Origin: Camelus ferus
Taxonomy: Eukaryota
Assembly: GCF_009834535.1 (NCBI RefSeq)
Contig: NC_045697.1
Location: 20,152,001-20,216,000, forward strand
Reading direction: 5' to 3'
DNA length: 64,000 nt
Part shown: positions 51,914-64,000 of the stretch, one piece after another
How positions within the stretch are numbered: position 1 is the stretch's first letter
How the letters are laid out: each line of letters begins with the position of its first letter
Made by a program: the position numbers and the translations under genes
The notes under the pieces: generated by a model
What the model saw: the letters and a program-made list of their open reading frames with translations, nothing else
Told to the model about the DNA's origin: nothing
The model's database searches: none

Positions 51914-53000
51914 CAGAGATGGATTCGGATTATGTAAAATCTGAAGCTTACACAACTCGATGAGGTTACTTTTTTAAAAAGAATGCAAAATTATAAATGG
52001 TACTTAATTATGAAAGTGAGCATTTTTTAGAATAAGGACGAAAAGCAAAATGTGCATACACATATTTTAATAAGCTGTGCAAACACAACAAGCATTACAA
52101 AAATCCCGAAAAATAACATTTTTAATTAAATAACAGTCTCATATACCTCCACAATACCTTTTTCCTACATTTTTTGGCTCCATACTCATATTACAAAGAT
52201 TTTGCATTATCATTTTCTATAGAGATACTAGATTATTCAGTCTTTCCACTATCAAGGTTGATCATATTTGTCTTTTTATAAAGATTTTGCAAAGGTTTTT
52301 GAGCTTCACGACTCACTATTGGTGTATTAGTCTACCAGATCGAGTATACAATACTACAGATAGGATGGTTTAAACAGCAGAAATATATCTTCTCACAGGT
52401 CTGGGATCTGGATGTCCAAGATCAAGTTGTTGACTAGTTTGGTTTCCCCTGAGGGCTCTCCTTGCTTTGTAGTTGGCTGCCTCCGCACTGGGTCCTCCCA
52501 TGGCACTCTCTGCACACATTTCTAGTGTCTCTTCCTTTTCTGATAAGGAAACCTGCCTATTGGATTACCAGTCCACCCTAATGAACTCATTTGGGCTTAA
52601 TTACCTCCTTAAAGGCCCTATTTCCAAATACAGGCACATGAGGGTTAAATTTCAACCTATGGATTTGGGGGAACAAAATTCAGCCCATAACAGTTGATAC
52701 TGTCTTGAAAGTATTTCACATTGTTGTCAAATTTTGAAAAATTATCTATCAAGTTTTTTTGCATTTCTATGTATACAATACTTGTTTCATAGTACTGCTA
52801 GAAATATGTGCTCTATAATAACAGAAATTCTGATAAATTTTATTTCCATAATTTCTATTAAAATAATTGATAGTACATTTATAATTACATTTGGCACATT
52901 ATCAAATAGACTTCAGATAGAAGATATATATAGCATATTTTTAAAAATAACAAACCAGAAAATTCATAAAATATGTAATCTAATCTCTCCAGGACAGTAA
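51914..53000. mobile_element. hAT DNA transposon remnant (MER53/hAT-1_Mam-like), interrupted by MLT1A
   Basis: Start 'ggattcggattatgtaaaatctgaagcttacacaa...ttttaaaaagaatgcaaaatta' resembles the MER53 terminus, followed by a longer AT-rich internal region. Confidence 0.55.
52323..52692 (-). mobile_element. MaLR solo LTR (MLT1A0-like)
   Basis: 'tgtattagtc...tttaaacagcagaaat...tctcacag...gtccaagatcaag...cttaattacctccttaaaggccctatttccaaatac...aattcagcccataaca'. Confidence 0.92.
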
Positions 53001-53059
53001 TAAGTGCTCTAGAGATTACTCATAGGGAAGCTACAACTTAATTTTAATTGTACACTGGC

Positions 53060-53300
53060 TTACATTACCTGCCATCATTCTGGAACACTGTCTGTTTAAT
53101 TTCATCTCATTCTCTTCTCACCCATTGCTTAACATTCTCCAGTCACACTCCTTTTTACTTCCTCAAACATATAAATTCCGTTTCCACCTCTGAACTTTTT
53201 TGCTAGTTGGTTTTTCTATCTAGTATGTTCTTCCAGATCTTCCTACAGCACTGCAACATGACTCTTTCAAATGACCTCTGCTCCCAAGGAAAATTGGTGT
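53060..53300 (+). mobile_element. L2 fragment
   Basis: 'ctccagtcacactccttttt...cctcaaacat...ccacctctgaacttttttgctag...atgttcttccagatct'. Confidence 0.65.
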
Positions 53301-53369
53301 AACAAGGACCCAATACGTCCTGCCTGAGACAATACTAATACTTCATATAAAAGACACAAATATTTTTTG

Positions 53370-54450
53370 ACTATTAAGAGTGTAGGACAGTGACAGTTTA
53401 GCCATGGAGACGAAATGAGGTGATCCCTAAAACTGCCTCAGCTTGCTAATTAGAGAGATGTTCCTGGCAGTGGACCAGAGAAGGGCTCAGTTAGAGCTTG
53501 AGAGTTTCCCTGTGCTGAGGATTTTGGAATGGAAGTCTAGGGAAGGAAGGGCAGCTACACTTTACAGTGGACAGCACCTGAGAGGAAAAAGCTGCACAAA
53601 GAAGGAGTTTCAGAGATCTGTAGCGATCCACTGAGTCTTCAACTGGGCACTGATCAGTGCATGTGGTTAAGAGAACTACCCAGTGCCATGAAAAATCTAC
53701 CAAAGTGGAGCAGCAGATAAAATCCTGGAGCTTGCATAGAGCTGAGAATAACTTATGCTCCTACTAGCCAGAGTTGAAAATGTCATAATTCATGGGCCAC
53801 TGAGCAGAATAGTCAAAAGGGTGTTGCCTCAGTAGTGTGACAAAATCAGCCCAAGAACTAAGGACTACTCTGTTTCTTTGTAAAGAAGTTAAAAGCAAAT
53901 CTTGAAAGGGTCAAACATATTCTAAGTAAATTAACTACCCAGACATGTTCTAGGTGAACTACAGTGCAAAACTCAAGAAATTTGTAGGAATACAAAAATA
54001 TCCTGTTCTCAACATAGTAAAATTCACAATGCTTGTAATCCAATCAATAATTGATAAGCATACAATAAAACAGGAGGTATATGCCATGATAAGGAGAAAA
54101 ACAAGTGAATAGAAATACCCAGAAATTAAATATATCATAGAATTAATAGAAAAGCATATTAAAATAGTTATTATAACTGTAACCCATATGTCAAGAAAAA
54201 GTGCAAAGATTAAATGTGTTAAATATAGACATGAAAAAAATTACAAAAATAAATTGAATTTATAGAAAGGAAAATCATGCCTGAGATTTTAAAAATTACT
54301 TGGATGAGACGGTCAAGAGATTATAGATTATAAAAGAAAAGATAGCTGAACTTGAAAACGTAACAGTAGAAAGTATCCAAAATAAAACAGACTTAAAAGA
54401 AAAAATAATAAACAAGCTGAGGAACAACTTATGTGTATTAGTACATGTTT
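53370..54450 (+). mobile_element. Old LINE-1 5'UTR/ORF1 fragment (L1MD/L1ME-type)
   Basis: 'aacatagtaaaattcacaatg...aaaatagttattataact...gaaaagatagctgaacttgaaaac...gaaagtatccaaaat'. Confidence 0.75.
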
Positions 54451-54469
54451 AACTGAAGTTCCTAGTAGG

Positions 54470-54790
54470 GGAGATAGGAACACTCTGAAATCTAGGCTGC
54501 TGTTTAGTGACTTTTTTAGCTATTTTTTTGTGAAGTCTATATTCTTTGTCATATTTGACCACTGAAGTCCCTGTTCTATTACATCCATGGTCATCTAGTG
54601 AGTTGTCACAGATTTCTTTAAACACCTGGAGCAAAAACCAAAAAATAAAAAAAACATAAAACTAAAAACAAACCAAAAACCACTTCCTTTCCCTGTCTTG
54701 TCAGACTGCCTCTGTGTTGGGACATCACTTCACTGTTTAGCCAGGTAGTTTATGTTTCTGCCTTATCTTTCACTTCCTGCATATTCCTCC
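54470..54790 (-). mobile_element. Old LINE-1 5'-region fragment, opposite orientation
   Basis: 'gtctatattctttgtcat...ccactgaagtc...cagatttctttaaacacctggagc...ctctgtgttgggaca'. Confidence 0.55.
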
Positions 54791-54974
54791 AAATATCTCC
54801 TGCTCATTCCCTTTTTCCCAAGATTTTCAATTTCTTGCTTGCCATAACTGCTATTCCTTGCCGTATGTGGTTATGAATAATAATTTTGCTTTATTTCTTT
54901 TGACCATGAAACTACTCAGCTCAGCTTATTTGTCTTTTTGTGGAGTTCCCCACCTGACATTTTTAGAAATGTCA

Positions 54975-55584
54975 CAGTTGGAGTTGTCATTTTCATTCAG
55001 CATAGCCCCCTTGAGATTTACACATGTTATTGCATATATCAATAGTTCATTACTTTTAATTGTTCAGTAATATTCTATGGAATGGATGTACCATATTTTG
55101 TTTAACCAATCACCCATCAAATGAACTTTGTATCACTTCCAGATTGGGGCTATTTGAAATAAAAGTGCTGTGAACATTTGTATATGGATTTTTAACTAAA
55201 CCTAATTTTTCTTCTTTTCTGGGATAAATTTTCAGGATTATAATTTCTAGATGGCATGGTAATTGCAGGTTTAATTTTATAAGAAACTGCCAAACTGTTT
55301 CTCAGAGTGGTTGTACCATTTTACATTCCTACCAACAGTGAGTAAGTGATCAAATTTCTCTGTATCACCAGTATTTGGTGTTGTCACTGTTTTTTCTTTT
55401 AGCTATTCTAATGGATGTGTAGTGATAGCTCATTGTCCTTTAATTTGCATTTCCATAATGGCTAATGATAATGAACATCTTTTCAAGCATTAATTTGCTG
55501 TATATATATTCTGTTCAGCAAAATTTCAGTTTATGTCTGTGGCCTATTTTCTAACTGAATTGATTTATTTGACTTTTGAGTGTT

Positions 55585-55619
<35 letters not shown>

Positions 55620-56347
55620 TAGAGACTAATCCTGTGTTGGAAATTTAGTTTGTATGTATCCTATCTTAGTCTTTAAGTTGATTTTCATTACTCTTACTAG
55701 GATCTATTGTAGAGCAAAATAATTTAATTTTGATGAAGTCCAATTTATTAATTTTTCCTTTTATAGATCATGCATTTGATGACAAATTTAAGAACTCTTT
55801 GATCAACCCCAAATTCCAAAGATTTTTCTCCAATGTAATTTTTCTAAAGTGCAATAGCTTTATATGTAAGGCTGTCATCTGTTTGGAGTTAATTTTTGTA
55901 TGATAGGTGAGGTTAGATTGAGAATTTGTTTTGTTTTGCTTATAGATGTCCAATTTCTCCATCATATTTTTTTAAAAAAGACTTTTCTTTCTCCATTGAA
56001 TTGCTTTGCTTTCATAACTCTATCAAAACTCAGTAGAGCATGTTTGTATGGGTCTATTTGGGGGTTCTTCATTCTTTTCCATTTATGCATGTATAGGTCT
56101 CTGTCCTAATACTGCATTGTCTTGATTACTTTAGCTATGTAATAGGACTTCATTCTTAGAGTGATTAGTCTCATTTTATTCTCCTTTTTCAAGATTGTAT
56201 TAGCTATTTTAAGGCCTATACAATTCCATATTAATTTTAGAATAAACTTGTCCATATCTTCATAAAAGCTTGCCGCTGTTTTGATAGGAATTGCACTAAA
56301 TCTATAGATCAATTTGGGAAGAACTGACATCTTTAATATGTTGAATC
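54975..56347 (-). mobile_element. Old LINE-1 (L1MB/L1MC-like) ORF2 end plus 3' region
   Basis: ORF 56106-56330 MSVLPKLIYRFSAIPIK...FILKLIWN; ORF 55768-55965 LTYHTKINSKQMTAL; 'agaaactgccaaactgtttctcagagtggttgtaccattttacattcc'. Confidence 0.9.
55588..55617. repeat. (AT)n microsatellite within L1
   Basis: Read directly. Confidence 0.95.
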
Positions 56348-57339
56348 ACATATGTTTTGTCTAATATTTCACTGGTTCCTACAATTAAAAAATGTTTTCA
56401 CATAGGTAGAAATCTGGCTTTTTATAGTAATTTAATCTTCAGCAAAAATTTATGCAAATTTATGCATAAGGAAATTATCTCAGGAATACAATTTTGGCAG
56501 TTTGGAAGGGGCAGATGTTCTCTTTTTAGAATTTGGCTATTTAAATAGGAGAGATAATGGGGCAAAAAGATCTTCTATGTCTAACATGAAGATTATGTAA
56601 TTCTTTAGCTCATGGATCAGAAATATCTTCTATTTATGTTTCACGTAACACTTTGTCTTCTTACAATGCTATCAAAATTTCCTTCAACAATTAAAATTGA
56701 TCAATGTCCTTGCTCCTCCCTCTTGTTCTATTTTATTGTACTAAAAAAAAAAAAATAACATTCTGGCTGTACCCCATGACTCCATTGAAATATTCTTTAT
56801 ACTTGTTGGAGTCATCATTTTCTGACATGTAGCTACAGTGCCAATGATTTTAAATACATAAAACTGCTTCACATTTTTCTGCCCCAAATGATTCTTTATT
56901 CTTTCAAATTGTAGTTTATTTTTCTAAATAGGCAGAAGAGCAATACATGTTATATCCTGAGGTGGGAATGTGACCTAAAATGATCAAATTAGATGGAAGG
57001 AAAAGATTTGAATATTTGGAGAGTATTAAATCTCTGTTTTTTTCTTCTCTGTCTCTATAGCTCTCTGTCTCTTTCTCTCTTATTCTTTCCTAGTGAACAA
57101 GAGACTTTTTTTATTGTCTCATTTGGTTCTGAAAGCCTTCTTGTGATGACAAAATACAAAGTTGACACAATAAAGGAAGGAACCTAGAAACCTGATGTGA
57201 TGAACAATACCTGAACATGTGATATTCTGTGTTCTTTCTTATGCAAAATTACAAATTTTCTAACTTTATAAGTCAGTTACAGATAGATTTCTATAACTTA
57301 TTCCCAATGGACTCTAATGATTAAGAATTCTTAAATATC

Positions 57340-59342
57340 ATTGAGGAAAAGATAAATATCTCCAATAGGAAAAAGGAGGACTAGGAAAACGAAGGTAATA
57401 CATATAGGGAGAAGCATAAATAACTAATAAAGAAAATGTTTAAACTTGTCTTAAATAAATTTAAAATTTAAAACATTACATTATTTTTATTTATCAATTT
57501 TAAATAAAAGCTTTTATCATTTAACATCTACAAAAATTTTCCAGAAAAAAATATTTTCTCCTACAGTACAAATGCTACATTTGCATAGTGCCATAACTTA
57601 TTTATAAACTCTGTCTCTGTCTCTTTTTATATATTCCACCTAAATCTATAGCTTTATTTAAAGCATCAGATATGTACTTAAAACTATTGATGGTAAAGTA
57701 ATTTGTTTGAAAATTTACCTTATCTAAGCATGTCATGAATACTGTGAAAACCTCTGAATATAATACACTGCATAGAAACTTAGAAAAGTATATAACTTTG
57801 TATTCATATATGTAAATGCATCTACTAATACATCCTTCACTTGTGTCAGATCAGTTTATAGAACCAGGCATATTATCATAATCCAATTTATATTTAATAA
57901 AGATTTGCTTTAATCTCTTTGTTTTGATTTGTTTGCTGTTTGTTATACGAACTCCATGAATAATCTCCTCAGTGAGGAAGGTTGGTTTATTTCTAGTTAC
58001 TTTCAAATCCTAAAACCTTTTTTTTTTTTTTAAGAGCACCTGTAACTTTTCATTTTGATGTAATTTAAAATCTATACCAAAGATACAAGGAATTCTTATA
58101 TTCTCTACCCAGATTTAACCATTGTTCACATTTAGTGCAATTTGCTGTACCATTCTCTCTCTGCGTGTATTTATATTCAAATTTCTTCAACTGTCCCAAT
58201 AATGTCCTTTATTCCTGCTGTTTGTCATTGTTCAGTATCTAATCCAGGGTCTTCCAGTGCATTCAACTGTTATCTCTGTTTAGTCTCCAATAGAGTTCCT
58301 CAGCCTTTCCCTGGGAACTTTGACCTTGACATCTTGAAAGATAATAGGCAGTTTTTTTGTAATATCTCTTATTTTGTTTCCTATTGTTTCCTCATCCTAA
58401 AACTGTTTTTAATTTACCCACAGGGGTAACATATTAGGTAAGAAGAGAATGTTGGATCAAGGTGCTATACTCTATTTTTTAAACACCTAAAATATAATGA
58501 TAATTTATTAAAACCACAATTAAAGTAGATGAGTTTAATTAACCTACTTTAGGTTTAACATTTCAAGAAAACTAAATATGTCTAAAGAAGTAAGTCCTTC
58601 TAATAATATGATCAAATAATCAACAGTCTTGGAAACTATTTAAGATTTTATAGACTGCATTACACAACCGTATACAAATATATGAAGGTAACACTTAAAA
58701 AGTTAACCTGGAGTTAAAAAAATAAATAAATGGAAACTAAAATCACATGCTATTTTGAATTTAACAAAGGATAGTATAATGCCAAAACTAATTTCTAAAT
58801 TCATACTAAAACTTCTTTTGGAGGAAAATTAAAAGTCTGAAATAATTTTATTAAAAAATGCAGATAAACTATTTTTTCAATTGAAAAAGCTATGAAATCA
58901 AAGCTAATGAATGTGGCAGCATACATCATGTATCCAAATGCTAAGGCAAAAAAGAAAATAATTTAAAAGTACAATAAGAAAATAACACAAAAAGAATAAA
59001 TAAAACCAAACTATTTCCTCGAAGAAGCAATTAAACTAACCAGGTTATCTTTTATGTAAGTGGCCCTTCTGAGATCATTCCTCTCTAAAAAGGACCAGGT
59101 ATCCTAGGAGAAATTCTAGGTATTCTTGAACTAAGAAAAGTACTATGTAACGTTGGGACATCTTACGTCAGAAAGCAAGGAAGAACTCTAAAATAAACAA
59201 TGAAGACATGCCAAAAAGGAAAGCGGTCAAGCCCAAAGGGCCACGTACGAGCTAAATCTGGCACATTTAAATAACAACATTAGTTATTTATTACTATCAT
59301 TTCTGTAATTGACTGTAAACAAATAAATACAAATATGACTTC

Positions 59343-59381
<39 letters not shown>

Positions 59382-60960
59382 AAGTGAAAGACAGAAGGAA
59401 GTGGAAGTGGATGCTAAAATCAGTTATAAAGTGTTTCAGAAAACAAAAATTTAAACAGTGCCAAAGCTACACCATAGATTATCTAAGAATTGCAATGGGG
59501 AAAAATAAGTGAGCCTTTCCTTAAAGAGATCTGATTGCCATTTTCTTTAAAAAGTGATCAAATTTAATGTCACTAACAGTTGAATTCTAACTCAAGGGGA
59601 AAAAAAATACAAATTTGAGGATAAACAGAAAAAAATAGTGTAGATTGATAGTAGGTAGTATTAGGGAAAAATTGTTGATGTTCTGTATGAAATGGAGTAA
59701 CTGAATGAACTACTAAATTTTTTTCTATTTTTTGGAGATGCATGTAAAGTATTTTGGGGTAAAATGTCAAGATTTCTGTAACTTACTTTTAAATGGTTCA
59801 GCAAATACAATAGAGATGGATAGATGAATGTATAATAAAATATTAACAGTTGTGTAACGTAGACCTTTTGTATATGAGGGATCATTGTATTATTATTTTG
59901 AAATTTATAGTATACAGTTTTTTTCATGTGTTGGAAAATTAACATGTAAATAGAACATTAAGAAAAATGGCATAATCTTGAGTCGTAAAAACTAAATATT
60001 AGGAGACATCAAGGTAAAATAGTCATATATAATTATATAAATTAAATTATTTGTATACTAAATAAAGTGAAATGTAGACATAATAATCCAGAAGTTAAAT
60101 TTACAATCACAAGGAAATTTTTTGAAAGCTTATTGAAAATACAGATTCCAATAAAAATATAAAGGCAGTTTACAAATTGGTAGTTCACACACAAAAAAAT
60201 TAAAAATAGTGAAAAAATTATATTAGAAAACATGTCAACACCACTGATATTTAGAAAAATGAAACATAAAACAGTAAAAACTACCTCTTTTTTAACTTCT
60301 TATATTAGCAACTGTTTTAAAGATTGATAGCATTTATTGCTTTCAGGTTCATGAGGGAAGAACACAATTATGCTTTGCTGGCAGCAGTATATATTGGAAA
60401 AAACTTTTGGGAAAAGAATATGTCAGTGCTCACCAAAAGTTAATTTTGCTACCAGACAAACAAAAACACTGCCAGGTTAGGTATTTATACAAGGGTATTT
60501 TTGAAGCATGTTATCTGACTGGAAATAAACTAAATGTCAAATTATATGGAATTGTTAAATAAATTAAGCTACACTTTTAGTTAGAAAGAAAATGAAGCAA
60601 TTAAATAAATTAGTTTGTTATTTACACATTGACTTAGAAATATGTCTGTCACAGTATTCAGCAATAGGATAATTCTGATTTTGCAAAACTTAAAAATAAA
60701 AAAACGGAAAATAAATCACATATGTTTATCTATATCTATGTCTATACAAGGTTAAAAAAAAAAAAAGTAAGTTTGAAAGCAAAACCCAAACTGCCAACAC
60801 TGCTTAGCATACCTCAAAGTAGAGCAAGATGAAAGGACGGGGGAGGTAATACTGGTGACACAACTTATAAATATCTGTATTCCATGAATTGTTACAAATG
60901 TATTCTTCTAATTAAAAAATAACAATAACATTTTTAAAAACCCTCAACAATAGCAACAAA
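57340..60960. mobile_element. Dense mosaic of ancient L1 fragments in both orientations (L1MC/L1ME-like)
   Basis: Examples: 58040-58420 minus ('cttcaactgtcccaataatgtcctttat'), 59050-59950 plus, 59970-60960 plus ('tgctggcagcagtatatattggaaaaaacttttggg'). Confidence 0.65.
59345..59375. repeat. (TG)15 microsatellite
   Basis: Read directly. Confidence 0.96.
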
Positions 60961-61814
60961 AGAAATGACTATTGAATGAATTATATCTATTCAGGCACAA
61001 TTATTTTCTAATGTGCAGAAGTTTGACTGCAGGCATACAGCAAAGAGAAAGGATTTATGAATCTTTTCATGTAAAATTAATGATGTAGTATAATGCGTGG
61101 TCTTTTTACTTTAAAAGAAGGTATCACAATGTGATACTTTATTACTCTGCCATTTTAATTGCTACATCTCTGTGTGCTTCATTGTGAATAATTTTAGTTT
61201 TGGATTTTTGACCCTGGGCAATTTCATTATGAAGTAGGGTTCCCTTTTGTAGATTAGAAAATGTTACAAATCAAAAGGATAAATTATAAACACAATGAAT
61301 TATAACTCAAACCCTTATATTTTCTCACATTTTTCTCTTTATCCTGGTGGAACAAAGTGAACATTCAGTAAGTTAGTGAAAAATGAATAACAGAAAGAAC
61401 TGCATTTTTTTTTTTTTAGAAAGAAAGTTAGGAGAAAGAAGTTTGCCTCAATTAATAAATTAGAGAAATCAGGAAGCAAATGATCTCTGTAAGGCTAAAA
61501 CATAAAATGTTACCCTGGGCCTGGAAAAACACTATGTTATATTATCTTTTAAAAAATGAATGTTAAGTACCATTTATAGGATTAGTAGTCCTCAGATACC
61601 ACAATACAAAAATTAGAACGGCATTGTAAAGACAATAATGCAGAAATCTCCTACTCCAGACCTACTTACCCCCTATTATTCTTGTCTTCCAAGACCCTGA
61701 AGGGATGTAAATCTGTTCTGTAAAGCTTCTCCATGGGGTTAACAGATTATTCTTGGATTTCCTTCTCCACGTGGGTGTAGTAGACACCAGATTCATATCT
61801 CCTTTTTGAAGTCA

Positions 61815-61960
61815 CCGTCTGGTTTCATATCTCACCCATCAAACTGTGAAATCTTGAAGGCAGTAATCATATCATTAATCTTGGTTACTCCAAGATTAAG
61901 CAAAATAGCCTGGCTCATATCAGGTGTTGGACAAATGTTAAATTCAGTGAATTGATATAC
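61815..61960 (+). mobile_element. L2 3' end
   Basis: 'aactgtgaaatcttgaaggcagtaatcatatc...gcctggctcatatcaggtgttggacaaatgtt...gtgaattga'. Confidence 0.75.
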
Positions 61961-62401
61961 ATGACAGTGGACACCACAGATTCATTAAAAGCAGTTAGGA
62001 AATTAAATGGGATATCCTAAATTAAATGTGATTCATTTTTCCTTGGGGAAGACAAACCTGTATAGTTTAGTATATAGCACTGACCCTAGTATGCAACCTT
62101 TTCCATATTGTAAAAGGATTATCTTATATCTATTCATCCTTCCTCAATTATCTCTTGATATATTATCTCCCATATTTATATTTCATGAGAAAGATAAATG
62201 CATTCCAACTGGAACTCTATCTTTACACCATCAAATCTATCTGCATGTCAGTCTCTCTGCTTTCTCCTCTTTACATTGGATGAAATGTCTTCATTTCTGT
62301 CAAAGGCCATCTCTTTAACTTGCTTGTCTTCTCGAGGGTTTCATTAACATGGTTACCCTCTGTTACAAATTATTCATTTCTTCCCTCTCCTGGATGATGC
62401 T

Positions 62402-62665
62402 TGTGTTAACTTCCTATTCCTGCTGTGAAATTTCTACAAATGTAGTGTCTTAAACAACAGAAATTTATTATCTAACAATTCTGGATATCAGAAGTCCAAA
62501 ACCAATTTTAGTAGACTAAATTCAAATGAAACCAAAATAAAATCTGAGGACTTTAAGAAGAACATGTTTCTCCACCTTTTGCTGCTTCTAGAGATGAGCC
62601 ACAGTCCTTGGCTGCATCACTCCAATCTCTGTTTCCATTGTCACATTTCCTTCTATGACTCTGAC
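62402..62665 (-). mobile_element. MLT1C/D-like LTR fragment, interrupted by the next MaLR
   Basis: 'ttcctattcctgctgt...cttaaacaacagaaatttattatct...tcagaagtccaaa...gcttctagag...catcactccaatctctg'. Confidence 0.85.
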
Positions 62666-64000
62666 CGTCTTAGTCCATTCAGGCTGCTGTAACAAAACAC
62701 AATAGACTGGGTGGCTTATCAACAAGATAAATGTATTTTTTATAATTTTCGAGTTGGAAAGTCCAAGATAACATCACCATCTTCCTGGCTCATAGGTGTC
62801 TGTCTTCTCCCTTTGTCCTCACATGCTGGAAAGGCTGAGGGAACTCTGGGGGCCTCTTTTATGAAGGCACTAACCCAATCATGAGGGCTCCACCCTTATG
62901 ACCTAGTCGCCTATCAAAGACCCTCCTTCCAAATAACATATATTAGGCATTAGGATTTAGCTTGTGAATACGGGGAGAATATAAACACTCAGTCTGCCCA
63001 TGGCCTCCTTCTCTTCTGCAAAATGTATTCATTCCATCCTAGTAGCTTTAAAAATCTTTAACGCTTTCCGGCATCAACTTTAATGTCTAAATGTAAAGTT
63101 GCATGTAAATACCGTCTAAATCAGATACGGTGAGATTTAAGGCAAGAGTCATCTAGAGGCAAATTCTTCTCTAGCTGTACATCTGTGAAACCAAACTGTT
63201 ATGTGCTTCCAAACTACAATGGTGGGGCAGGCATATGATAGCCAGCTATTCCAAAAGGGAGAAATAGAAGAAAGGAGGGACAGGTCCCAAATAACAGAGC
63301 AAAGTTCATTAAACCTTAAGGCTTGAGAGTAACTCTTCTGGCTTGGTACTTAGCCCTCCAGACCCACAGTGGCTACAGTCCTGCCCCTTCAGCTCTCATG
63401 GTTGGGGGTTGCATGCCTGTGGCTCTCCTAGGCAGCAATTCTGCCTCCACTGCTCTTCTGGGGTCATGAAGATGACTCTGCCCCCATAGATCTGCTGGCA
63501 TTGTCCCAAATGGGCTCTCCATGGTGGCCCTGCTCTTTAAAGTTAAGGTGAAGGCAGCCACACCCACCAGGCCCTTTCCCTCCAGCAGAGAAGGTGCTGC
63601 AGGTGGCACCAAAGTTCGCAGCCTGTGCCCTCTGGAGGGGCAGTCACTGTAGCCAGAGCTGCATAAGGGCCTGCGGGAGCCACACCCAGGGCCGCTGAGG
63701 AGTGCTGCCCCTCCGTGCAGAAGGAGAGGTCCCCCGTGAGGTGGTGCCAGGCAGTGTGCTCTGGGTTCCCGAGGCTCTCGCTACCCCCTCCTTTGAAACC
63801 AGTCTACCAGCAAGGTCCTTGTATTCTGGCCCTACGTGGAGAGGGACAGCTCTGATGATACTTGGTTGTCTTCAGGATCACTCTTCCATTGTCTTGGAGA
63901 ATAGCTCCTAGATTCCTTTGAGAACACAGATCCATACTAACCTCCTTATCAGATGGTTTCTTGGCCACATCCTTAGTGTTCTTCCCCCAAAGCTTTTCTC
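62666..64000 (-). mobile_element. MaLR provirus: MLT1A-like 3' LTR (62666-~62992) plus internal region running off the window
   Basis: LTR 'gtcttagtccattcaggctgctgtaacaaaacacaatagactgggtggcttat...aatcatgagggctccacccttatgaccta' followed directly by MLT-int-like 'gcaaaatgtattcattccatcc...gaggcaaattcttctctagctgt...tacaatggtggggcaggcata'. Confidence 0.88.

Noticed and set aside
61121..61137. Palindrome gtatcaca-a-tgtgatac
   Set aside because: An isolated 8-bp arm palindrome; a few are expected by chance in 64 kb of AT-rich DNA and it has no supporting context.
63373..63911. GC-richer ORFs at the right end
   Set aside because: They lie in the MaLR internal region and show no recognisable gag/pol motifs.
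1..64000. Inferring a host gene's strand from repeat orientation, and scattered ATGCAAAT octamers
   Set aside because: Too few young insertions, mixed orientation among old ones, and octamers are common in AT-rich DNA.

Overview
AT-rich mammalian non-coding DNA (gene desert or a very large intron), most likely from a camelid (alpaca/llama/camel). Two tRNA-Ala-derived SINEs match my recollection of the camelid Vic-1 family, the young L1 3' ends are of cetartiodactyl type, and I saw no Alu, B1, Bov-tA, PRE-1 or Can-SINE. I can support no host protein-coding gene, RNA gene or CRISPR array. The only recognisable peptides in the ORF track are broken LINE-1 ORF2 fragments. A large part of the window is transposon debris: young L1 insertions with target-site duplications (TSDs), old L1M, L2, MIR, MaLR/MLT, ERV1 and ERVL solo LTRs, hAT DNA transposons and microsatellites, often nested. 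Three repeat-poor blocks (about 1-3.4 kb, 6.6-12.1 kb and 42.7-48.5 kb) hold transcription-factor motif clusters, short palindromes and isolated splice-like signals, and may be conserved regulatory DNA. I found no convincing novel biological system. The best leads are modest: L1 truncation points that sit next to a G-quadruplex motif in the L1 3'UTR, a microhomology-joined L1 5' junction, and candidate enhancers and exons. Repeat subfamily names come from remembered consensus features and need RepeatMasker/Dfam confirmation. Boundaries of old repeats are approximate.
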